64,000 nucleotides of DNA from assembly GCA_027083355.1 (NCBI GenBank), contig JALWOY010000069.1, positions 7,893-71,892 of the forward strand. The letters are read 5' to 3'. Positions within the stretch are counted from its first letter, which is position 1; each line of letters starts with the position of its first letter. The notes beneath the pieces are model-generated. The model was not told the DNA's origin and did not search any database. It worked only from the letters and a program-made list of their open reading frames with translations. This DNA is from Phycisphaerales bacterium. Lineage in GTDB: Bacteria > Planctomycetota > Phycisphaerae > Phycisphaerales > UBA1924. The position numbers and the translations under genes are program-made. Below, one piece after another: positions 17,536-27,910 of the stretch.

Positions 17536-19611
17536 ATGACACGAACCCACACTCTCTGCGCGGCACTTCTTGCCGCCTCCGCCGGCCTCGCGATCGCGCA
17601 GCCCGTGATCGACGGCGTGTACGACGACGCGACCGAGAACCAGTTCTACGGGCCGATCCGGTGGGTCAACACCGTCCCGACGGGGTTCGGCGACAACGTC
17701 GCGGGCATGTTCAACGGGGGCAACTTCGGGGACCCCGAGAACGTGACCACCGGTGTCGAGTTCAGTATCCCCAAGTCCGCGTTGGGCAACGCGACCTCGT
17801 TCCGGCTCGCCGGCTGGGTGACCTCGGGCGACCGCTCGTTCATGTCCAACCAGATCATCGGGTCGCTGCCGATCGACACGACGAACATCGGCGGGGCCCC
17901 TGATTTTTCTGACGAGGTGCGTTTCCCCGGGCATCAGTTCATCGACGTGAGCAGCATCCCCACCGCCACGATCGTCGTCGACGGCTCGGCCGACGCGGGC
18001 TACGGCGCCGCGATCTTCACGCAGATGAACTACACCGGGTTCGGGGACAGCCAGGACGGCACCGACATCGGCGGCGGCGGTTCCGAGATCGACCAGGTCT
18101 TCATCGCCCAGGACGCCAACAACTATTACTTCATGATCGCGGGCAACCTCGAGGCCAACGGCAACGGGCTGGACCTGCACATCGACGTGGACGGCGACGC
18201 GAGCGGCGCGGCCGCCACGGGGACCGGCTCGGGCAGCGGCGCGTTCATCGTCGACAACCCCGGCGTGACGTTCGACAGCGGCGCCGGCTCCGCCGACACC
18301 TTCCGCCCCGACTACATCATCTCGATCGATTCGTTCGATGACGATGCCGACGGTGCGACGCCGAACGTGCCCCGCGCGTGGTACGGCGTGTACAACGGCG
18401 ACAACGCGCAGGTCGATCTGCTCGGGAACCTCGCCGGGTACGGCGCGGCCAACGGCGGCGCCCTGACCGGGGGCGACCCGGGTGTGCCCGCGGTGTCGCT
18501 CGCGGTCGACAACTCGAACGTGGCCGGCGTGATCGGGAGCCCGTCGCAGGCCACCCCCGTCTCGCCGGACGCCGACTGGGCCTACGGCTCGGAACTCGAC
18601 AACCTCCGCGCCAAGATCGTGCAGGACGGGAACAACAACAACCTGTACATCTTCATCGGCGGCAACTTCGAGGTGAACTTCAACAAGCTGAGCCTCTTCA
18701 TTGATTGCCAGCCCGGCGGTCAGAACAGCCTCGGCTTCGACACCAACGGCGATCCCGTTACCAACGTCGATATCTCCTTCGGTGCCCTCCAGAACCAGGC
18801 CGGGGTGACGTTCGAGCCCGACTTCCTCGCGGATTACTGGCTCGACATCAACACGGGTCAGGACGGCGGCTCGGGCAACCTCATCAACTTCACGGACGCG
18901 GCCGTTCTCCGCAGCAACGGCGCGCTCGTGGACCCGATCTCGGAGCTCCTGCTGGACTACGGCGCGTTCTTCGGCGGTGACGTGACCGACGGCCAGGGCA
19001 ACCCCGTGGGTTCCCCGGTCGAGCTGATGGACTTCTCCGGCCCGCGCGTCGACCTGCCCGGCAGCGCCAGCCTGTTCACCAACTATGCCCCGCGCATGAC
19101 CCAGATCGACTTCAGCAACCCGATCCCGGGCCTGATCAAGACCGCGATCGACAACTCCAATGTCGCCGGCGTGACGGACTCGACCGCGACCGATGCGGCC
19201 GCCCGCGCCGTCTCCACCGGCATCGAGATCTGCATCGACCTCGACGAGCTCGGCTGGGACGGTTCGCAGGACATCCTCCTCGCGGGGTGGATCGCCAGCG
19301 GCGGGTTCACGTTCGCCTCGAACCAGGTCCTCGGTGATTCCGCCGGGCCCGACAACCTCGGCAACGTCCCCGACATCGACTTCTCGGCGATCCCCGGCGT
19401 GCAGTACGTCAACCTGAGCGCCGCCGTGCAGGAAGGCTGCAACGCGGCCGACCTCGCCTCGCCGTTCGGGGTCCTCGATCTGGCCGATATCTCGGCCTTC
19501 ATCGCCGGCTTCACCTCGGCCGATCCGGTCGCGGACCTGAACAACGACGGCGTGTTCGATCTCTCGGACATCTCCGCGTTCGTCGCCGCGTTCACGGCCG
19601 GCTGCCCGTAA
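17536..19611 (+). CDS. large secreted protein with internally repeated domains and C-terminal GC-type dockerin-like module
   Basis: Start at ATG 17536 after agggag. MTRTHTLCAALLAASAGLAIAQP signal peptide. Domains recur (DNSNVAGV... appears twice; ...LAGW(V/I)(T/A)SG..F.SNQ..G appears twice). Tail is CNAADLASPFGVLDLADISAFIAGF...DLNNDGVFDLSDISAFVAAFTAGCP-stop. Confidence 0.75.
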   Translation: MTRTHTLCAALLAASAGLAIAQPVIDGVYDDATENQFYGPIRWVNTVPTGFGDNVAGMFNGGNFGDPENVTTGVEFSIPKSALGNATSFRLAGWVTSGDRSFMSNQIIGSLPIDTTNIGGAPDFSDEVRFPGHQFIDVSSIPTATIVVDGSADAGYGAAIFTQMNYTGFGDSQDGTDIGGGGSEIDQVFIAQDANNYYFMIAGNLEANGNGLDLHIDVDGDASGAAATGTGSGSGAFIVDNPGVTFDSGAGSADTFRPDYIISIDSFDDDADGATPNVPRAWYGVYNGDNAQVDLLGNLAGYGAANGGALTGGDPGVPAVSLAVDNSNVAGVIGSPSQATPVSPDADWAYGSELDNLRAKIVQDGNNNNLYIFIGGNFEVNFNKLSLFIDCQPGGQNSLGFDTNGDPVTNVDISFGALQNQAGVTFEPDFLADYWLDINTGQDGGSGNLINFTDAAVLRSNGALVDPISELLLDYGAFFGGDVTDGQGNPVGSPVELMDFSGPRVDLPGSASLFTNYAPRMTQIDFSNPIPGLIKTAIDNSNVAGVTDSTATDAAARAVSTGIEICIDLDELGWDGSQDILLAGWIASGGFTFASNQVLGDSAGPDNLGNVPDIDFSAIPGVQYVNLSAAVQEGCNAADLASPFGVLDLADISAFIAGFTSADPVADLNNDGVFDLSDISAFVAAFTAGCP

Positions 19612-19638
19612 TCGGGCCGGCTCGATCCTGTTCACTCC

Positions 19639-19664
19639 AGCCCCGCCCCGGCGGGGCTTTTTTA
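19639..19664. terminator. intrinsic terminator between convergent genes
   Basis: agccccgcc..ggcggggct hairpin followed by tttttt. Confidence 0.7.
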
Positions 19665-19669
19665 CGCGA

Positions 19670-20365
19670 TTACTCCGTCGGCACGGAGGCCGTCACGCCG
19701 CGGTCGAAATCGGCGAAGCCGGGCTCGGCGTCACCCGTGGCGATGCGGTGTGACATGTTGAAGAACTCTTCGGCGCGGGTCATGTCGTTCCTCGCTTCGG
19801 AGATCACGCCGATGTTCCAGTAGGCTTCCGAGGGTTCGAGGACGGCCGAGTACGCCTCGTACGATTCGCGGTACAGCCCCTGCATCCCGAGGCTCAGGGC
19901 GAGGTTCCCGCGGTAACGGGCCTCGCCCGGGTCGGCCTCGACCGCGGCGCGGAACATCTCGCTCGCCTCGGCGAACCGCTTCGCCCGCAGATAGAGCACG
20001 CCGACGTTGTTCGCGATCACCGGATCATTCGGGGCGATCTTGTGTGCCTTTTCCATGGTGTCGGTCGCGGCGTTGTATCTCTTGGCGCGGATCTGGAGGT
20101 CGGCCAACTCGATGTAGCCGGGCAGATAGCCGGGGTTCTGCTCGATGGTCTTGAGCAGGACATACTCGGCCTGATCGGCGCGCCCGTTCTCGCTGAGGAG
20201 ACGGGCCATCATCTGGAGGGTCCGGGGGGTCGGGGGCCTGTCGGCCCCGGCGGCAAAGTTGTCGTGTTGAGCGGCTCCGGTTTGGCAGCCGACAAGACCG
20301 GCCTGCATGATCGAGGCCACGAAGGCAAGCCCGGCGACGCGGATCAGCTTTGTGCGGTTCAGCAT
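19670..20365 (-). CDS. tadD: TPR-repeat lipoprotein, TadD-like
   Basis: Lipobox ...QAGLVGC followed by TPR repeats. It is the last gene of the tad operon. Confidence 0.6.
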   Translation of the reverse strand: MLNRTKLIRVAGLAFVASIMQAGLVGCQTGAAQHDNFAAGADRPPTPRTLQMMARLLSENGRADQAEYVLLKTIEQNPGYLPGYIELADLQIRAKRYNAATDTMEKAHKIAPNDPVIANNVGVLYLRAKRFAEASEMFRAAVEADPGEARYRGNLALSLGMQGLYRESYEAYSAVLEPSEAYWNIGVISEARNDMTRAEEFFNMSHRIATGDAEPGFADFDRGVTASVPTE

Positions 20366-20396
20366 GGTGTGCTCCTGTGATGAGTGCGGTTGGTGT

Positions 20397-20894
20397 TTAC
20401 TTCTGCGAATTCGAACTGTGGAAGTTGTACGGATCGGGGTCGCTCGGTCGGCTGAAATCCTCCCCGGCGCGGGTGGACCGCACCGTCTCGCCGTCCCACA
20501 CGCCGTCGTCGATCGTTACCAGCGAGGGTTCGACACCGCCGCCCGCGAGCGCGACGCGGACCGCTTCGACCCGTTGTTCGTACAGCTCCTGCGGGGTCCG
20601 GCCGTGGGGCATGATGAGCACGCCGCCCTCGTTTTCGGCGAAGTACCCCGCGAGCACGGCCAGATCGCGTCGGCCCCGTTCGGTGAGTTTCGCGGTGCCG
20701 TCGACGAAGTGGTGCGGATAGATCGTGTGCTGCGTGACGATGCCGTTGGTCACCTGGTCGTCGAAATAGGTGCGCATCAACCACGCGTTGGTCGCGGCGC
20801 GGTCGTTGTTCGTCCATTCGCCCGTCTGCTGTCGGGGCGACTGGCACCCCGCGAGCACGACGGCGGATGTCAGGAGCAGGAGCGTTCGTTTCAT
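20397..20894 (-). CDS. lipoprotein of the tad operon (occupies the CpaD/RcpB-type position)
   Basis: MKRTLLLLTSAVVLAGC lipobox. Lies between tadC and tadD. No motif recognised with confidence. Confidence 0.5.
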   Translation of the reverse strand: MKRTLLLLTSAVVLAGCQSPRQQTGEWTNNDRAATNAWLMRTYFDDQVTNGIVTQHTIYPHHFVDGTAKLTERGRRDLAVLAGYFAENEGGVLIMPHGRTPQELYEQRVEAVRVALAGGGVEPSLVTIDDGVWDGETVRSTRAGEDFSRPSDPDPYNFHSSNSQK

Positions 20895-20909
20895 CGCGGG
20901 GCCTCCTCG

Positions 20910-21824
20910 TCAGTTCGAGAGCAGTTCGACCATCTTCAACGCCGCCGGGCCGGCCGACACGATCAGCACGACGGGGAAGATAAAAATCACCATGGGCAGC
21001 AGCAGCTTGATCGCCATCTTCTCGGCGGATTCCTCGGCGCGCTGGCTACGCATCTCGCGCATCGTCTCGGCGAATGTCCGCAGCGCGTCGGCGACCGAGG
21101 TGCCGAACCGGTCGGCCTGGCTGATGATCGACGACAGGCTGGCGAGGTCCTCGGCGCCGGAGCGTTCGGCCATGTTTTTGAGCGCCTCGGGGCGCCGCGC
21201 CCCGAGCAGCATCTCCAGATTCACAAGCGCCATCTCGTCGGCGAGGGCCGGGCTGGCTTCGCGCATCTCCTCGGTGGTCGCGTTCCACGCCTGATCAACC
21301 CCCATGCCCGCCGAGACGCAGACTTCGAGCAGGTCGATCGCGTTGGGCAGCGCGTCGCGGATCTCGCCCGTGCGTTTTTTCACCTTCTGAGACAGCACGA
21401 AGTTCGGGATCATCGTTCCGCCCGCGGCGCCGGCGACGACGATCAGCACGCCCATCGCCGTGCTGACCTCGAACTGCGTCACGGCGATGATCGACGCGGC
21501 CACGCCCACGATCAACGCGGTGATCTTGATCCCGAAGAACAGCTCGGCGACGCCACGCTGGTTGTACCCGGCCCGGGAGAGTGTCTGCCGGAGTTTCGGC
21601 GAAGGCCCTCCGAGCACGGACAGCCCCCCGATGCGCCCGAGCAGCTCGGCGAGCGGGTTCGGCTGCTCCTGTGGCGTCGAGAGCACCGCGCCGTCCGTGC
21701 GGATCTGCTTGAGCCTCGCGTCGAGCGTGCGGCGGCCGCGCCGGTTCGTCGCGATGATCATCGCGCCGGAGAGGGCGACGATCGCGAACACGGCCATGGG
21801 GATGAGCATCTCGGGTGGCAGCAT
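20910..21824 (-). CDS. tadC: Flp pilus assembly inner-membrane platform protein TadC (T2SS F family)
   Basis: 304 aa with N-terminal TM, GspF-like cytoplasmic domain and C-terminal TMs (...MAIKLLLPMVIFIFPVVLIV...). Lies downstream of tadB. Confidence 0.8.
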   Translation of the reverse strand: MLPPEMLIPMAVFAIVALSGAMIIATNRRGRRTLDARLKQIRTDGAVLSTPQEQPNPLAELLGRIGGLSVLGGPSPKLRQTLSRAGYNQRGVAELFFGIKITALIVGVAASIIAVTQFEVSTAMGVLIVVAGAAGGTMIPNFVLSQKVKKRTGEIRDALPNAIDLLEVCVSAGMGVDQAWNATTEEMREASPALADEMALVNLEMLLGARRPEALKNMAERSGAEDLASLSSIISQADRFGTSVADALRTFAETMREMRSQRAEESAEKMAIKLLLPMVIFIFPVVLIVSAGPAALKMVELLSN

Positions 21825-21845
21825 GATGATCCGTCCGTCCCTCCG

Positions 21846-22838
21846 TCAGTACTTGATGACCGCCATTTTGCCCATGGCCCACGAGCCGACGAACATGCTC
21901 GCGGCGCAGATCGCCAGCATGGTCTGGCCCATGTCGGTCTGGTACATGGGCTTGACGTATTCCGGGTTGATCACGTTGAGCAGCACGAACACGACCACGG
22001 GCAGCCCGAGGAGCATCTGCTTGCTCATCTGCGTCTGGGCGATCAGCACGCGGACGCGGCGGCCGAGCCGGAGGCGTTCGCGGATCACCTCGGCCAGCCG
22101 ATTCGTGGTCTCGGAGAGGTTGCCGCCGGCCTTGATCTGCACGGCGACCGAGGCGGCGAAGAGCTTGAGGTCCTGGCTCGTGTGCTTCTCGGCGACGTTG
22201 CGCAGGGCTTCTTCGAGGCTGACGCCCATCTCCTGCTGCTGCACGATGTCGGTCAGCACGCTCTTGACCGGCTCCTTCGATTCCTCGGCCGCGAGCGAGA
22301 GGCCCGCGATGACGGTGTGCCCGGCGCGGAGGGAGCGTGCGCACAGGTCGAGCGCCTCGACGAACTGGTCGTCGAATTTCGCCTCCTGCTTGTTGGCCTT
22401 CATCTTCACGCCGGTCCACATCAGATAGACCACGCCCGCGCCCGCCAGCAGCGAGCCCGGCGTGTGCCGCGTGAAGACCCACACGATGACGAAGGTGCCG
22501 ATCGCGGCGGCGGCGGCGATCATCAGCAGCGTCGGCACGGGTGTCTCGATCCCGGCGGCCTTGCACTTGGCCGCGATCGCCGCCAGCGGGGTCGACGCCC
22601 GCTTGCCCAACCCGGGCAGGACCGCCTCGAACTCGTGGCCGTCGTGGAAGAGCCGGACGACGCGTCCGCCCTCCTCGGCCTCGACCCCCGTCGCGTGCAG
22701 CCCGACCCGGCGTTTGACCAGCTCGGCGCGTTTGGACCGGCTCTGGAGCCAGAGCAGCCCGCCGATCGCCGTCACGCACATCACGAGCATGAACACGGCG
22801 CCGATGGCCAGCAGATCGACCGGGGTCAGCCCGCCCAT
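21846..22838 (-). CDS. tadB: Flp pilus assembly inner-membrane platform protein TadB
   Basis: Start at ATG 22838, sharing an ATGA-type overlap with the tadA stop. MGGLTPVDLLAIGAVFMLV... with GspF-like fold. The 52 upstream codons in the track ORF are rejected. Confidence 0.8.
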   Translation of the reverse strand: MGGLTPVDLLAIGAVFMLVMCVTAIGGLLWLQSRSKRAELVKRRVGLHATGVEAEEGGRVVRLFHDGHEFEAVLPGLGKRASTPLAAIAAKCKAAGIETPVPTLLMIAAAAAIGTFVIVWVFTRHTPGSLLAGAGVVYLMWTGVKMKANKQEAKFDDQFVEALDLCARSLRAGHTVIAGLSLAAEESKEPVKSVLTDIVQQQEMGVSLEEALRNVAEKHTSQDLKLFAASVAVQIKAGGNLSETTNRLAEVIRERLRLGRRVRVLIAQTQMSKQMLLGLPVVVFVLLNVINPEYVKPMYQTDMGQTMLAICAASMFVGSWAMGKMAVIKY

Positions 22839-24211
22839 CACGCGGCCCCCTTCTTCGGCTTGACCATGCGGATCTGCGCCGTGGCGCTGGTCCTGGGCTT
22901 GCCGGCTTCGAGCTTGCCCTTGTGGAACAGCTCGTCGGGCAGCTCGTGGCCCTCGGCGCGCAGATGCTCGAGCACCTTCGGCCGCACGCCGCACGATTCG
23001 TGGTAGCCCTCGGCGTTGCCGTCGCTGTCGATGCCGGTCTGGACGAACCGGAAGATGTCCTGGAGCAGCACGACGTCGGACTCCATGCCGGTGATCTCGC
23101 TGATCGCGGTGACTTTGCGTCGCCCGCCCGTGAGCCGGTCGGCGTGCACAAGCAGCTGGACCGCCGACGAGATCTGCTGTCGGATCGTGCTGATCGGGAA
23201 ATCCAGCCCGGCCATCGAGACCATGCTTTCGAGTCGGCGGATGGTGTCGCGGGTGCCATTGGAGTGCAGGGTGGTCATGGAACCGTCGTGCCCGGTGTTC
23301 ATCGCCTGGAGCATGTCGAGCGCCTCGCCGCCGCGCAGCTCGCCGATGACGACGCGGTCGGGGCGCATCCGCAGGGCGTTTTTCACGAGGTCGCGCTGCG
23401 TGATCAGCCCCTTGCCCTCGACGTTGGCTGGCCGGGTTTCGAGGCGGACGACGTGCTCCCGCTGGAGCCGCAGCTCGGCGGCGTCCTCGATCGTCAGCAC
23501 CCGCTCACCCTCGGGGATGCACCGGCTGAGGCAGTTGAGCAGCGTCGTCTTGCCCGAGCCCGTGCCGCCGGAGATGATGATGTTCAGCCGGCCCGCGACG
23601 GCCGCCCGGAGGAACTTCATCATCTCGGGGGTCATCGCCCCGACCTCCATGAGCTTCTCGAGCGTGAAGGGGATGTTGCCGAACCGGCGGATGGAGACGC
23701 TGTGCCCGTCGAGCGCCAGCGGGGAGATGATGGCGTTGACGCGCGAACCGTCGGCGAGCCTCGCGTCGAGCATCGGCGTGCTCTCGTCGACGCGCCGCCC
23801 CACGCCCGAGGCGATCCGCTGGATCACCGTCAGCAGGTGCTCGTTGTCGCGGAATGTCACATCCGAGAGAATCAGCCGGCCCTTTTTCTCGACGTAGATC
23901 TGGTGCGGGCCGTTGATGAGGATGTCGCTGATGTCCGGGTCGCGCAGGATGTCTTCCAAAGGCCCCAGCCCGAAAATGTCGTCCATGACCTGCGTGACGA
24001 GGCGTTCCTTCTCTGTCGCCGAGAGCGGCTTGCCCTCCCCCTTCAGCAACGCCTCCACCTTGCCGGCACACTCCTTGCGAAGCTGCTCCTGCGGCAGCTC
24101 ACGCGCCTGGTTCAGGTCGATCGATTCGAGCAGCCGGCGGTGGATCCGTGATCGGAGATCGCCGCCCCCGGCGCCCGGTTCACCGTTGGATGTATTGGGC
24201 GTCTGGCTCAT
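22838..24211 (-). CDS. tadA: Flp pilus assembly ATPase CpaF/TadA
   Basis: Walker A GGTGSGKTTLLN, Asp box, Walker B and His box (...TGHDGSMTTLHSN...). Confidence 0.92.
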   Translation of the reverse strand: MSQTPNTSNGEPGAGGGDLRSRIHRRLLESIDLNQARELPQEQLRKECAGKVEALLKGEGKPLSATEKERLVTQVMDDIFGLGPLEDILRDPDISDILINGPHQIYVEKKGRLILSDVTFRDNEHLLTVIQRIASGVGRRVDESTPMLDARLADGSRVNAIISPLALDGHSVSIRRFGNIPFTLEKLMEVGAMTPEMMKFLRAAVAGRLNIIISGGTGSGKTTLLNCLSRCIPEGERVLTIEDAAELRLQREHVVRLETRPANVEGKGLITQRDLVKNALRMRPDRVVIGELRGGEALDMLQAMNTGHDGSMTTLHSNGTRDTIRRLESMVSMAGLDFPISTIRQQISSAVQLLVHADRLTGGRRKVTAISEITGMESDVVLLQDIFRFVQTGIDSDGNAEGYHESCGVRPKVLEHLRAEGHELPDELFHKGKLEAGKPRTSATAQIRMVKPKKGAA

Positions 24212-24214
24212 ACG

Positions 24215-25402
24215 TCACGCGGCCCTTCGACGGGCCTTCCTCCCTTTGTTCCGCTTCGATCCCGGTTGCTCCTCGCCGCGGATACGGCGCGCCAGCAGCA
24301 CGATCTGCTTTCGCAGCTTCGATTTCGGGCAGGAATCGAGCAAAGGCTCGCCCGCGTTGAGCGACCGCATCGCCGCGCCCGGGTCGTCCGGCAACGGCAC
24401 GATCTCGCCGGCGAACTCCAGCGTTTCGGCCGCCTCCTTCAGCGTGATCGGTTTGCCCGCGCCCCGGCACCGGTTCGCGACGACGTGCACCGGGGTCTCG
24501 ATGCCCAGCGACGAGACCGCCCGCAGCAGCACCCGCGCGTTGTGCAGGTCCTTGACCGTCAGCTGCATCACGATGATCACCCCGGTCGAATTCGCGGCCA
24601 GCGCCCCCATCGCCTCGAAAGGCAGAGCCGGCGCATCGATCACCGTCGCCGGGAAACCCGACCGGAGCACCCCCAGCACGTCGGCGATCTCGTCGAGGTA
24701 GAGCGGCGACGGCTCCGTGAAGTTGATCGCGGACGGGCTGAGCAGCACCCCGACACGATCCCCGCGGGAAACCGCCGTCGAGCGGACAAGCTCGATATCC
24801 AGCGGGCCCTCGCGCGCCAGGATATCCGCCAGCCCATAATCGCCCTTGATGCCGAGGTGGGTCCCCACGCCGCCGAAGCGGGTGTCGAAATCGACCACGA
24901 GCGCCCGCTGCGAGGCCAGTTCCCCCAGCTCGGCCGCCAGGTTCACCGCGAGCGTCGTCGCCCCGCACCCGCCACCCGCCGAGAGCACCGTAAGCACGGC
25001 CCCGCACGACGCGGAAGACGCCCCGCCGATCTGGTCGACCAGCTCGCGGCAGATGGGCACAACGTCCGGGCCGATCCAATCCCTCGGCAGGAAGTGCCTC
25101 GCCCCGGCCTGCATCGATTCGAGCAGCAGTTGCTTGTCGAACGCCGGCGCCACCACGACGAACCGGCAACGCGGGTGCGCATCGACCAGCTGCCCGACAT
25201 ACTCGAGCATCACGCTCGGCTCGGGCTCGATATCGATGATCACCAGCCCCGAGGCGTCCTGATCGAGCCGCTTTTCGAGATCGCGCATCGTCTCCAACTG
25301 CTCGATCGGGAGCAGCCGCGGATCGTCGCCGAACGCGCCGCTCAGCGCATCGACCACCCCGGGGTCGGTCGTCACCAGGATTGTGCCCGACGTTGTGCTC
25401 AT
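24215..25402 (-). CDS. tadZ: TadZ/CpaE-like localisation factor (receiver-like N-terminal domain plus MinD/ParA-like domain)
   Basis: 395 aa. The deviant P-loop SAGGGCGATTLAVNLA lacks the Walker lysine, as is typical for TadZ. Lies between cpaC and tadA. Confidence 0.75.
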   Translation of the reverse strand: MSTTSGTILVTTDPGVVDALSGAFGDDPRLLPIEQLETMRDLEKRLDQDASGLVIIDIEPEPSVMLEYVGQLVDAHPRCRFVVVAPAFDKQLLLESMQAGARHFLPRDWIGPDVVPICRELVDQIGGASSASCGAVLTVLSAGGGCGATTLAVNLAAELGELASQRALVVDFDTRFGGVGTHLGIKGDYGLADILAREGPLDIELVRSTAVSRGDRVGVLLSPSAINFTEPSPLYLDEIADVLGVLRSGFPATVIDAPALPFEAMGALAANSTGVIIVMQLTVKDLHNARVLLRAVSSLGIETPVHVVANRCRGAGKPITLKEAAETLEFAGEIVPLPDDPGAAMRSLNAGEPLLDSCPKSKLRKQIVLLARRIRGEEQPGSKRNKGRKARRRAA

Positions 25403-25453
25403 CGCCTCCGGATTCCGGTCTGGGTCCCGTGGAAACTCCCGGCCCGATCACCG

Positions 25454-26959
25454 CTACTCCTCGTCCCCCCCGCTGCTGTCCTGCTCGTCCCGCAACACCG
25501 GCTCACGGTTCTGATCGTGCGTCGCCCACGCGCCCGGGCCCTTGAGGCGGTCCAGCCCCATGTCCGCCGCCCACACCGCCGGGGTGCCCGGCTTCTCCGC
25601 CTTGCCGTGGATGCGTCCCTCGGCGTACAGCTCCCAGGCGTTTGGTTCCTTGTGCGTGTCGCCGGGCATGGGCAGATCGGACATCGCGTCCATCGGCTCG
25701 ACCATCTCCACCGTCACCAGCACCAGCAGCTCGGTCTCGCCACGCTCATACCGCACCGAACGGAACAGCGACCCGAGGATCGGCACCCGCCCCAGCCCCG
25801 GCACGCTCTGGCTCCGCGCCGCCGTGTTCCGGTCGAGCAACCCCGCCATCGCGAACGTCTGCCCCGACCGCATCCGCAGCGTCGTCGCCGCCCGCCGCGT
25901 CAGCAGCGACGGGATGCGGAACCCCTGGATCTCGACGGCCCCGACATCGCTCAGGTCGCTCACCTCGGGCGCCACCTGCAGGCGGATCTCCCCGTTGCCG
26001 AGCACTGTGGGCAGGAAGTTCAGCCGCACGCCGAACTCTTTCCACTCGATCGTGATCTGCGTCGCCCCGCCCACGCCCGCGGACGCGACGGGGATGGGGA
26101 ACTCGCCGCCGGCGAGGAACGAGGCCTTCTCGCCGGACATCGCCACGAGCGTCGGCTCTGCGAGTGTCCGCAGATACTGGTTGTCCTCGAGCGCCTCGAC
26201 GAACATCTCGAAGTCGATGCCCGGGAAGCCCGCGAACAGCGTCACCGCGTCGCCCACGGACGCAGCCCGGAGAAAGTTGAAGTTCAGATTGTCCCGCGCC
26301 GGCTGCCCGGCGGGGATGCCGATGTCGATCGAGTTCGGGTTGCCCCCCACCGTCGAGCCGCCGAAGAAACTGTCGCCCGAGTGCACACTGTTGATCCCCA
26401 GCGAGCGGATCGCGATCCGGTTCGCCTCGGCGACGCGCACCTTCAGCATCACCTGCTGCAACCCCGCCACGCGGGTCATGTCCACGTACTTGATCTCGGA
26501 CGCGTCCAGGAACCGGTGCAGCATCTCGGCGTGCTCGGCCTGACGCAGCGTGCCCGAGACGATCAGCACATCCTGCGATTGCTGCAGCTCGAGCGCCGAT
26601 CCCGGCAGCACTTCCTCCAGCGTCCGCCGCAGCGCCTCGTAGTCGACATGCACGGAGACCCGCGCCTCCCAACGCCGCCCGTCGGCGTCCCACATCGTCA
26701 CGTCCGTCGCCCCCACCGCCTTGCCGATGATCATCACCCGGTCCGGGTTGACCACCTTCACGTCCGCGATCTCGTTGTCGGCGACGGCGACCTCGGTGAT
26801 CTTCCATCCCGGCTCGATCACCTTCGATCGGCCGACGGGGATCTCGACCCGCAGCGCCTCGCCCTCCGTGAACACCACGGGTTCGCTCCCGTACGCGGGC
26901 AACGCCGCGCCCAGAAGCAACACCACGAGCAGGATCGGGTTGAATCGGTGCATCATCAT
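25454..26959 (-). CDS. cpaC: Flp pilus secretin CpaC/RcpA
   Basis: Signal peptide, then an N-terminal pilus-formation/BON-like region (...ADVKVVNPDRVMIIGKAVGATDVTMW...). C-terminal secretin motif ...VPGLGRVPILGSLFRS......TELLVLVT. Confidence 0.9.
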   Translation of the reverse strand: MMMHRFNPILLVVLLLGAALPAYGSEPVVFTEGEALRVEIPVGRSKVIEPGWKITEVAVADNEIADVKVVNPDRVMIIGKAVGATDVTMWDADGRRWEARVSVHVDYEALRRTLEEVLPGSALELQQSQDVLIVSGTLRQAEHAEMLHRFLDASEIKYVDMTRVAGLQQVMLKVRVAEANRIAIRSLGINSVHSGDSFFGGSTVGGNPNSIDIGIPAGQPARDNLNFNFLRAASVGDAVTLFAGFPGIDFEMFVEALEDNQYLRTLAEPTLVAMSGEKASFLAGGEFPIPVASAGVGGATQITIEWKEFGVRLNFLPTVLGNGEIRLQVAPEVSDLSDVGAVEIQGFRIPSLLTRRAATTLRMRSGQTFAMAGLLDRNTAARSQSVPGLGRVPILGSLFRSVRYERGETELLVLVTVEMVEPMDAMSDLPMPGDTHKEPNAWELYAEGRIHGKAEKPGTPAVWAADMGLDRLKGPGAWATHDQNREPVLRDEQDSSGGDEE

Positions 26960-26986
26960 CCGTGGCTCCTGTGCGAGAACCAGCGC

Positions 26987-27910
26987 TCATTCATCGATAT
27001 CGTCCGGCGGCGGCACGTCCGCGTACCGCTCCTCCTCCGGCCGGTCGATCGGTGATCCCCCACGACCCCCGAATGTCTTGACTTCCGTTTCATCGCCCCG
27101 GATCACGACGACCCGCCACGGGGCTTCCGTATCCGGTGTAACCCCGGGAGGTCCGGAGTCGGCCTGCGCCTCCTGCGTCGCCTCGGGGTCCGTCGTGGTC
27201 GATCCGTCGAGCGGGTTGCGCAGCGTGAGCGCCAGTTCACCGAGGTCGCGAGCCGCCTGCAACTCACGGGCCTGCTGCGGATCGACCATCAGCGTGACCA
27301 TCAACTTGCGGTTCGTCTGCCTCGTCGAACGGGCGGGCTTGTCCTCGTCCTCATCCGATTCGACAGTAAAAACAGTTTTGTCCTCAACCGCGAGCACGCT
27401 GACGTTCTGAAGAAGGGTCTTCGAGACAGGCCCGCCGTCGCGTCGTCCCGGGATATACCGGTACGCCACGATCACGTCCACGCTGCACCCCGGATACAGC
27501 AGCCCCCGCATGGCCGACGATGAGGGCAGCTCGATGCTCACCGCCCGCAGCCCCTCGGGCAGCGAACTGGCCAGTTTCGCCCCGTCGCCCTCGTCGAGCA
27601 GCGAAGCGCCGGTGATCGGCTGCCCCTCCACCAGACCTGTCTTGAGCACACGCCCGAGAACCTGCACCGGATCGCCGAACGCGCCCTCCGGTTTCTCGCC
27701 CCGGTCGACCATCTTGACTTCGATCAGATCGTTCTCGATGCGGGTCATCGCGGGAAGGTCGCTCCTGGCGACGAGCACCTCGACCTGTGCCGGGGCCGAG
27801 GCTTTCCCGCTCTTTGATCCTGTTTTGAGCGCCGCCATCAGCACGGCCGCGCACAGCGACGCGATCAGCCCCAGTCCGAGAACACCGATCATGGGCCATT
27901 TGCCGCTCAT
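26987..27910 (-). CDS. cpaB: Flp pilus assembly protein CpaB/RcpC
   Basis: Start at ATG 27910 after ggaggtcc. TM anchor, SAF-like segment VEVLVARSDLPAMTRIENDLIEV and RcpC beta-domain. Confidence 0.8.
   Translation of the reverse strand: MSGKWPMIGVLGLGLIASLCAAVLMAALKTGSKSGKASAPAQVEVLVARSDLPAMTRIENDLIEVKMVDRGEKPEGAFGDPVQVLGRVLKTGLVEGQPITGASLLDEGDGAKLASSLPEGLRAVSIELPSSSAMRGLLYPGCSVDVIVAYRYIPGRRDGGPVSKTLLQNVSVLAVEDKTVFTVESDEDEDKPARSTRQTNRKLMVTLMVDPQQARELQAARDLGELALTLRNPLDGSTTTDPEATQEAQADSGPPGVTPDTEAPWRVVVIRGDETEVKTFGGRGGSPIDRPEEERYADVPPPDDIDE

Noticed and set aside
20307-27055. Long plus-strand ORFs (20307-23006, 22922-24151, 24266-27055) across the tad operon
   Set aside because: They are antisense to clearly identifiable tadC/tadB/tadA/tadZ/cpaC genes, and their products are low-complexity and Arg-rich.
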